Shown piece after piece: positions 31,911-32,000 of a stretch of DNA of 32,000 nucleotides (its first letter is position 1; every line of letters starts with the position of its first letter). Below the pieces are notes generated by a model. The model searched no databases. It was not told the origin of the DNA and saw only the letters and a program-made list of their open reading frames with translations. The stretch comes from Longivirga aurantiaca (GTDB lineage Bacteria > Actinomycetota > Actinomycetes > S36-B12 > CAIYMF01). The stretch spans positions 150,001 to 182,000 of the forward strand of contig NZ_JBHSTI010000008.1 in assembly GCF_042660085.1 (NCBI RefSeq). Direction: 5' to 3'. A program made the translations under genes and the position numbers.

Positions 31911-31940
31911 TTGGAGGAACCCAGGGCCACCGGGTACGCT
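31911..31940 (+). promoter_or_regulatory. candidate promoter for tRNA-Thr
   Basis: TTGGAG (31911-31916) - 18 bp - TACGCT (31935-31940), about 13 bp before the tRNA 5' end. Confidence 0.4.
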
Positions 31941-31953
31941 GCTCAGGCTCTAC

Positions 31954-32000
31954 GCCCCCATAGCTCAGTCGGCAGAGCGTCTCCATGGTAAGGAGAAGGT
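31954..32000 (+). tRNA. tRNA-Thr (anticodon GGT), 5' part, truncated by window edge
   Basis: gcccccatagctcagtcggcagagcgtctccatGGTaaggagaaggt: acceptor 5' strand, D arm and anticodon arm with a GGT anticodon in a 7-nt loop. Confidence 0.9.

Overview
High-GC actinobacterial chromosomal window. From left to right it contains: a menaquinone block (menE 5' part on -, menC and menD on +, isochorismate synthase menF on -); a secreted collagen-like repeat protein (-); a complete 14-gene complex I operon nuoA-nuoN (+, 6504-22416); a polyprenyl diphosphate synthase; a predicted lipoprotein (-); a RarD/EamA transporter (-); a 2-oxoacid:ferredoxin oxidoreductase pair korA/korB (-); and, divergent from korAB, a three-gene set resembling only NuoB, NuoC and NuoI. 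The right end carries yajQ (-), tRNA-Tyr(GTA), a short-chain dehydrogenase (-) and the 5' part of tRNA-Thr(GGT). Most of the window is conserved housekeeping sequence. The items most worth following up are: (1) the orphan NuoB/C/I-like module opposite korAB, whose NuoB-like protein keeps the N2 cluster cysteines but has an altered loop; (2) a 53-bp tandem repeat that includes the nuoD stop codon and widens the nuoD-nuoE junction; (3) a near-perfect Rex-type operator inside a 32-bp dyad upstream of nuoA; (4) a collagen-like exported protein between men and nuo; (5) a 53-aa ORF missing from the supplied track, with a good ribosome-binding site and an ATGA overlap with menC; (6) a 22-bp perfect hairpin with an 18-nt loop after the prenyl synthase. 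No CRISPR array, transposase or phage gene was seen.
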